Shown here piece by piece: positions 59,649 to 64,000 of a stretch of DNA of 64,000 bases. The notes under the pieces were generated by a model, which did not search any database, was not told where the DNA came from, and worked only from the letters and a program-made list of their open reading frames with translations. How positions within the stretch are numbered: the first letter of the stretch is position 1; the number at the start of each line of letters is the position of its first letter. Origin of the DNA: an uncultured Verrucomicrobiae bacterium (GTDB lineage Bacteria; Verrucomicrobiota; Verrucomicrobiia; Chthoniobacterales; Chthoniobacteraceae); NCBI GenBank assembly GCA_963836755.1, contig CAWIKF010000002.1, positions 576,001 to 640,000 on the forward strand. Direction: 5' to 3'. The position numbers were made by a program, and so were the translations under genes.

Positions 59649-62270
59649 ATGAAATGTTCCCCTCGCTTTTTGCTGCTTGTTTCGATTTTCACCGGGCTTT
59701 TCGCCACAATTTGTGGAGCGGCGCCGCGGGCTGGCGCGCCGATGAAGATTTTGCGCGACGGGCAGGCAAGATACAAAGAGATCGACCAATCGAAACTCCC
59801 CGCAGGCACGGCGCCGAAGCTTTTCGCCGGGGAAATCAGCGGGATGACGTTCGATCTTTTTGTCCGGCAAGTCGCGGCGCAGACGGTGACGATCGAGATG
59901 GGGTTTGTCGATACGCAAGGGAAGGGGCCGTCGCAGAATGCGTTTTCGCTGGCGGCGAATGGTTTCCCGCTCGATGCAAATCTCGATGTCTGGGCGAAGG
60001 CCGGCGGCGGGTTTAAGCCGTGGGTGACGAAGATGCCGTTCGTGCACGGGGGCGGCGCGCTTTCGCTTTTGTTCACAGGTCTCGGGAAGCCGGCGTTTGT
60101 CAGCTATGTGCGGATCACCGGTGCGGACGGCCAGGAAATCGCGTTCGGGACGGCGTCCGACTGGCAAAAGCCGGAGCGGTTGACGCTGCTCGATTCGCGC
60201 TCGCGTCCGTTTCACCATGTGAAGGTGGGCGACGTGGCGTTTTTCGACGTGGATCACAGCCCGGTCGGTTCGTGGTCGACTTTCATCTACGGGATGGAAA
60301 ACAGCGGCGGCGTGCAGTCGTGCAAACAGCCGGGCGGGGAAGGGACACTGATTCCAGACCAAGGCGTGATCATCGCGGTGAAAAATGGAGACTCGATGCG
60401 GCTGATGCCTTTTGCCTCGAAGCAGCCGGGAATGCCGAAGACGGCGCTGATCGGCGAGAAGGAGGTCACGCGGACGCTTGGTCCCTGCACCGACACCTGG
60501 AAAATCCCGGGCGGCGTGAGCTGGACGCATTACACGCCGGTCTGGAAAATGGACGATTGGGAGAAGGCGACGCCGGAGGAAAAGCGGCGGTTCGTTTTGC
60601 CGGTGACATGGATGCAATACAAAATCGACAACCGCTCGGGAAAAGAGGAGACGCAGTTGCTTTTCAGCCTGGAGCAGCCGGCCGCGCCGGCGCAGGAGTG
60701 GAAGGGCTTTGATGGTTACGTGGTTGAGGAGAACACTTCCATCGCGGTAAAGAAGGGTGACGCGAATTTGCTGACCAGCGAACAGGTGAAGAAGGAGTTT
60801 AACCTTGATGGGGCGACGTCGGCCTTTTGCGTCCATGTGCCCGCGGGACAGGAGAAGGTGGTCACTTTTTACATCGCGCAATATAAGCCGGGCGTCGTCG
60901 CGGAGTTGAACGAAAAGCCACTCCGGCTGATGTGCGATGCTTTATACAAAGACATCGACGACATCCTGACGACCGCGCAGGCGAGCCTGCCGGCAGTCAT
61001 CAGCCGGTGCGAGGAAGTGGACAAAAAGCTGGCCGCTTGCAAGGAGGACGATGAGCGGAAGTTCCTCGCCGCGGACACGGTCCATTCCTACCAATTCAAC
61101 ACCGTCCTCGAGGCGACGGAAAAGATGGAGCCAGTCTGGTCAGTCATCGAGGGCGAATGCTCGTGCATCAATACCTTCGACCTGACGGTGGACCACGTCT
61201 TCTACGAACTTTCGATGCATCCATGGACGGTTCGTAATGAGTTGGACAACTTCACAAATACCTTTTCCTACACCGACGAGCTCTCGCTGCCGGGGCAGAC
61301 GCAGCGCTTTCCCGGCGGTATTAGTTTTTGCCACGACATGGGCAGCCGGCTGAGCTTTTCCTCAAAGGCCAAAGGAGCGCGCTACTCGAATTTGATGACG
61401 CAGGAGGAGCTGCAAAACTGGATCATCTGCGGCGCACTTTACTGGAAGAAGACCGGCGACAATGGCTGGCTGGAGAAGAACAAGGAGGTTTTCAATGACG
61501 CGCTGAAATCGATGCAGCTGCGCGATGATCTCGATCCCAAGAAGCGGGACGGCATTACTACCTACGTCTCGAATCGCGGCGAAAAGAGCGGCGAGATTAC
61601 GACCTATGACGCGATGGACGCGAGCCTGCAGCACCCGATCGACAGCCTTTACATCGCCGGCAAATCCTTTGCGAGCTACGCGATGATGGTCCCAGTTTTT
61701 CAACAACTGGGCGAAGAGCAGCAGGCGAACGAGGCGAAGGAGGCGGTGACTTACACTGCGAAGGGGATCCTATCGCATTGGGATGAAAGTCGGAAGTCAT
61801 TCCCGGCGCTGTTCAACGGGTCGACCACCGCGACTTCATCCATCATCCCCGCGGTCGAGGGCCTTGCCTATCCGTATGCGATGGGCCTTACAAAAGAGCT
61901 CGCGATGGATGGCCCGAATGGCGACCTGATCCGGCATCTCAAGACCCACATCGAGACGATCCTCGTGCCCGGCGTCTGCATCGATTCCGAGACTGGCGGA
62001 TGGAACCTTTCCTCCTCCAGCTCGACCACATGGGTCAGCAAGGTCTATCTCAATCAGTTCGTCGTCGAAAATGTGCTCGGCATCAAAAACGCCGCGACTG
62101 GAGCGACCGCCGATTCCGCGCACTACGCCTACGAAGTCCTCGGCGCGCCGGCCGTCGGCTGGACCGATCAGTTTTTCACCAGTTCGCACACCGCTTATGG
62201 CTGCCGCCATTATCCGCGCGGCGTGACGAGCGCCTTGTGGTGGCTGTGGCCGGAAAATTCGGAAAAGTAA
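59649..62270 (+). CDS. GH52 beta-xylosidase-like protein with signal peptide and extra N-terminal domain
   Basis: HSPVGSWSTF, EGECSCINTFDLTVD, PWTVRNELD, HDMG, MTQEELQNW, EITTYD, IIPAVEGL. Confidence 0.85.
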   Translation: MKCSPRFLLLVSIFTGLFATICGAAPRAGAPMKILRDGQARYKEIDQSKLPAGTAPKLFAGEISGMTFDLFVRQVAAQTVTIEMGFVDTQGKGPSQNAFSLAANGFPLDANLDVWAKAGGGFKPWVTKMPFVHGGGALSLLFTGLGKPAFVSYVRITGADGQEIAFGTASDWQKPERLTLLDSRSRPFHHVKVGDVAFFDVDHSPVGSWSTFIYGMENSGGVQSCKQPGGEGTLIPDQGVIIAVKNGDSMRLMPFASKQPGMPKTALIGEKEVTRTLGPCTDTWKIPGGVSWTHYTPVWKMDDWEKATPEEKRRFVLPVTWMQYKIDNRSGKEETQLLFSLEQPAAPAQEWKGFDGYVVEENTSIAVKKGDANLLTSEQVKKEFNLDGATSAFCVHVPAGQEKVVTFYIAQYKPGVVAELNEKPLRLMCDALYKDIDDILTTAQASLPAVISRCEEVDKKLAACKEDDERKFLAADTVHSYQFNTVLEATEKMEPVWSVIEGECSCINTFDLTVDHVFYELSMHPWTVRNELDNFTNTFSYTDELSLPGQTQRFPGGISFCHDMGSRLSFSSKAKGARYSNLMTQEELQNWIICGALYWKKTGDNGWLEKNKEVFNDALKSMQLRDDLDPKKRDGITTYVSNRGEKSGEITTYDAMDASLQHPIDSLYIAGKSFASYAMMVPVFQQLGEEQQANEAKEAVTYTAKGILSHWDESRKSFPALFNGSTTATSSIIPAVEGLAYPYAMGLTKELAMDGPNGDLIRHLKTHIETILVPGVCIDSETGGWNLSSSSSTTWVSKVYLNQFVVENVLGIKNAATGATADSAHYAYEVLGAPAVGWTDQFFTSSHTAYGCRHYPRGVTSALWWLWPENSEK

Positions 62271-62294
62271 AATCGTCCTGCCGTGGGGCATCGT

Positions 62295-64000
62295 ATGAAA
62301 ACAGCTGCTCTCATCCGCCGAGCGCTGGGAGTTGTTGCGCTCATCCTGCTCCCTGCTGTTGGTTCCAACGCTGCGGATAAAATTCCCGCACGTGAGCTGC
62401 ACTGGCTCGAAAGTGAAACCGATGCGAGCGCGCAGCCCGGCACGACGTTCGGCGTCCCGTGGCCGCGCGGAGCCGTCCCCGCAGATACTTCATTCGCCTT
62501 GCATGGCGCGGATGGAAAAGCCGTGCCGATGGAGTCGTGGCCGCTGGCTTATTGGCCGGATGGTTCGCTGAAATGGACGGCAAACGCCGTTCCCGCCGGC
62601 AGCGGCCTTTCGGGATCACTGCGGCTCGAAATGGGCGAACCGACGCAGCCGGCCGCGCCGCTCTCGCTCATTGAAGAGCCGGATGTCATCGCCGTGGACA
62701 CCGGCGTCATCCAATGCCGCATCCGCAAGACCGGCCCGTCGTTTATCGAATCGATCACGCGCGGCGGCAAACTTTTGCTGACGGACGGCCGGCTCGTCTG
62801 CCGGCTTCGCAGTTCGCCTGACCTCGACGCCGACGGCACGGTGAAACAGGAAAGCTTCATCGGCGAAATTTCCTCAGTGACCGTCGAGTACAAAGGCCCC
62901 GTTCGCGCCGTTATTAAAATCGAAGGCCGGCATCATACGCAGAATGGACGCGACTGGCTTCCATTCGTCGTGCGTCTTTATTTTTACGCCGGCGGAGACT
63001 CCGTTCGAATCATGCACACGATCACCTTCGACGGCGACCAAACGCATGACTTCATCAGCGGCCTCGGCCTGCGCTTTTCAGTGCCGTTGAAGGAAGAACT
63101 TTACGACCGTCACATCCGCTTTGCCGCCGATGGCGACGGCGTCTGGGGAGAAGCGGTGCGCGGCCTGACCGGCCTGCAGACAGATCCGGGTGCGGCCGTG
63201 CGCACTGCGCAGGCTGCCGGTTTGAAAACGCCGCCACAGGAATCATGGAACCCGGTCGTCAGCAAAGACCTGAAGTATATCCCGGCGTTCGGCGATTTCA
63301 CCCTCGCGCAACTTTCCTCCGATGCGTTTGAAATCCGCAAGCGCACCGAGCCGGGGTTCACCTGGCTCAACAGCCTCACGGGTCATCGGTCCGCTGGGCT
63401 CGGTTACATCGGAGGTCCAAGCGGCGGCGTCGCCTTCGGCATCCGCAACTTCTGGCAAAGCTACCCGAGCCAGCTCGACATCCGCGACGCCGCGACCGAC
63501 AAGGCCGAAGTCACCGCATGGCTTTGGTCGCCCGAGGCGCGGCCGATGGACATGCGTTTTTACCACGGCGACAATGGGATGAACACCTACGAGCTACAAA
63601 ACGAGGGCGCGCGGATGAACTACGAGGACTTCGAGCCGGGATTCTCCACTGCGACCGGCATCGCCCGCACCAGCGAACTCATGCTCTGGGCGCTGCCCGC
63701 CACGCCGAGCCATGACGCCTTTGCGTCGCTCGCGCGGAGTTTGCAAAACCCGCCGCAACTCGTCTGCCGCCCGCAGGATTACCACGATGCCGGCGTGTTT
63801 GGCGGCTCGATCTGGAGCGTGCAGGATCGCTCCACGCCCGCACGCGCGCGCATCGAGGACCAGCTCGATCTCCTCGTCGATTACTACGAAGAGCAGGTCG
63901 ATCAGCGCCATTGGTATGGCTACTGGTATTTCGGGAATGTCATGCACCGCTACGATCCCGACCGCCACGTCTGGCGCTACGACATCGGCGGCTACGCGTG
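62295..64000 (+). CDS. Exo-rhamnogalacturonan lyase PL26 / YetA-like, secreted (runs off window end)
   Basis: ATG at 62295, signal peptide, TFGVPWPRG, WPLAYWPDGSLKW, WYGYWYFGNVMHRYDPDRHVWRYDIGGYA; absent from the ORF track because there is no stop. Confidence 0.88.
   Translation, partial: MKTAALIRRALGVVALILLPAVGSNAADKIPARELHWLESETDASAQPGTTFGVPWPRGAVPADTSFALHGADGKAVPMESWPLAYWPDGSLKWTANAVPAGSGLSGSLRLEMGEPTQPAAPLSLIEEPDVIAVDTGVIQCRIRKTGPSFIESITRGGKLLLTDGRLVCRLRSSPDLDADGTVKQESFIGEISSVTVEYKGPVRAVIKIEGRHHTQNGRDWLPFVVRLYFYAGGDSVRIMHTITFDGDQTHDFISGLGLRFSVPLKEELYDRHIRFAADGDGVWGEAVRGLTGLQTDPGAAVRTAQAAGLKTPPQESWNPVVSKDLKYIPAFGDFTLAQLSSDAFEIRKRTEPGFTWLNSLTGHRSAGLGYIGGPSGGVAFGIRNFWQSYPSQLDIRDAATDKAEVTAWLWSPEARPMDMRFYHGDNGMNTYELQNEGARMNYEDFEPGFSTATGIARTSELMLWALPATPSHDAFASLARSLQNPPQLVCRPQDYHDAGVFGGSIWSVQDRSTPARARIEDQLDLLVDYYEEQVDQRHWYGYWYFGNVMHRYDPDRHVWRYDIGGYA

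Overview
GC-rich bacterial chromosome segment. Gene content and style suggest Verrucomicrobiota (Chthoniobacterales-like); this is inference only. Left to right: (1) 1-9.3 kb core genes: circularly permuted ATP-grasp/alpha-E pair, SDR, prepilin peptidase, secreted transglutaminase-like protein, lepA, GH29 fucosidase. (2) tRNA-Ser(CGA) at 9402-9490, then a ~25 kb partly decayed island closed at 34494-34534 by a palindromic copy of the tRNA 3' end. It carries kdpABC-DE (with an extra ORF), a ZIP transporter, a signal-peptide-bearing tandem Hsp20, a P3A H+-ATPase, GH130, PPK2, a DUF3604/HupE/PPIase trio and many pseudogenes; no integrase is visible. (3) 34.7-45.2 kb, a 12-gene putative organoarsenical (arsenosugar/arsenolipid-type) cluster: ArsM-like methyltransferase, aquaglyceroporin, desaturase, rhodanese, three glycosyltransferases, DUF547, DedA, radical SAM, atypical metallophosphoesterase, flavoprotein. 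(4) hydA, then an MNIO (DUF692) bufferin-type RiPP operon. (5) aroC-cvpA. (6) A pectin/hemicellulose utilisation cluster: GH28, SGNH, rhaM, XylR-like regulator, GH95, GH52, PL26. Three intergenic degenerate repeat arrays of unrelated sequence all share a 21-bp period. All family calls come from recognising motifs by eye, not from database searches.
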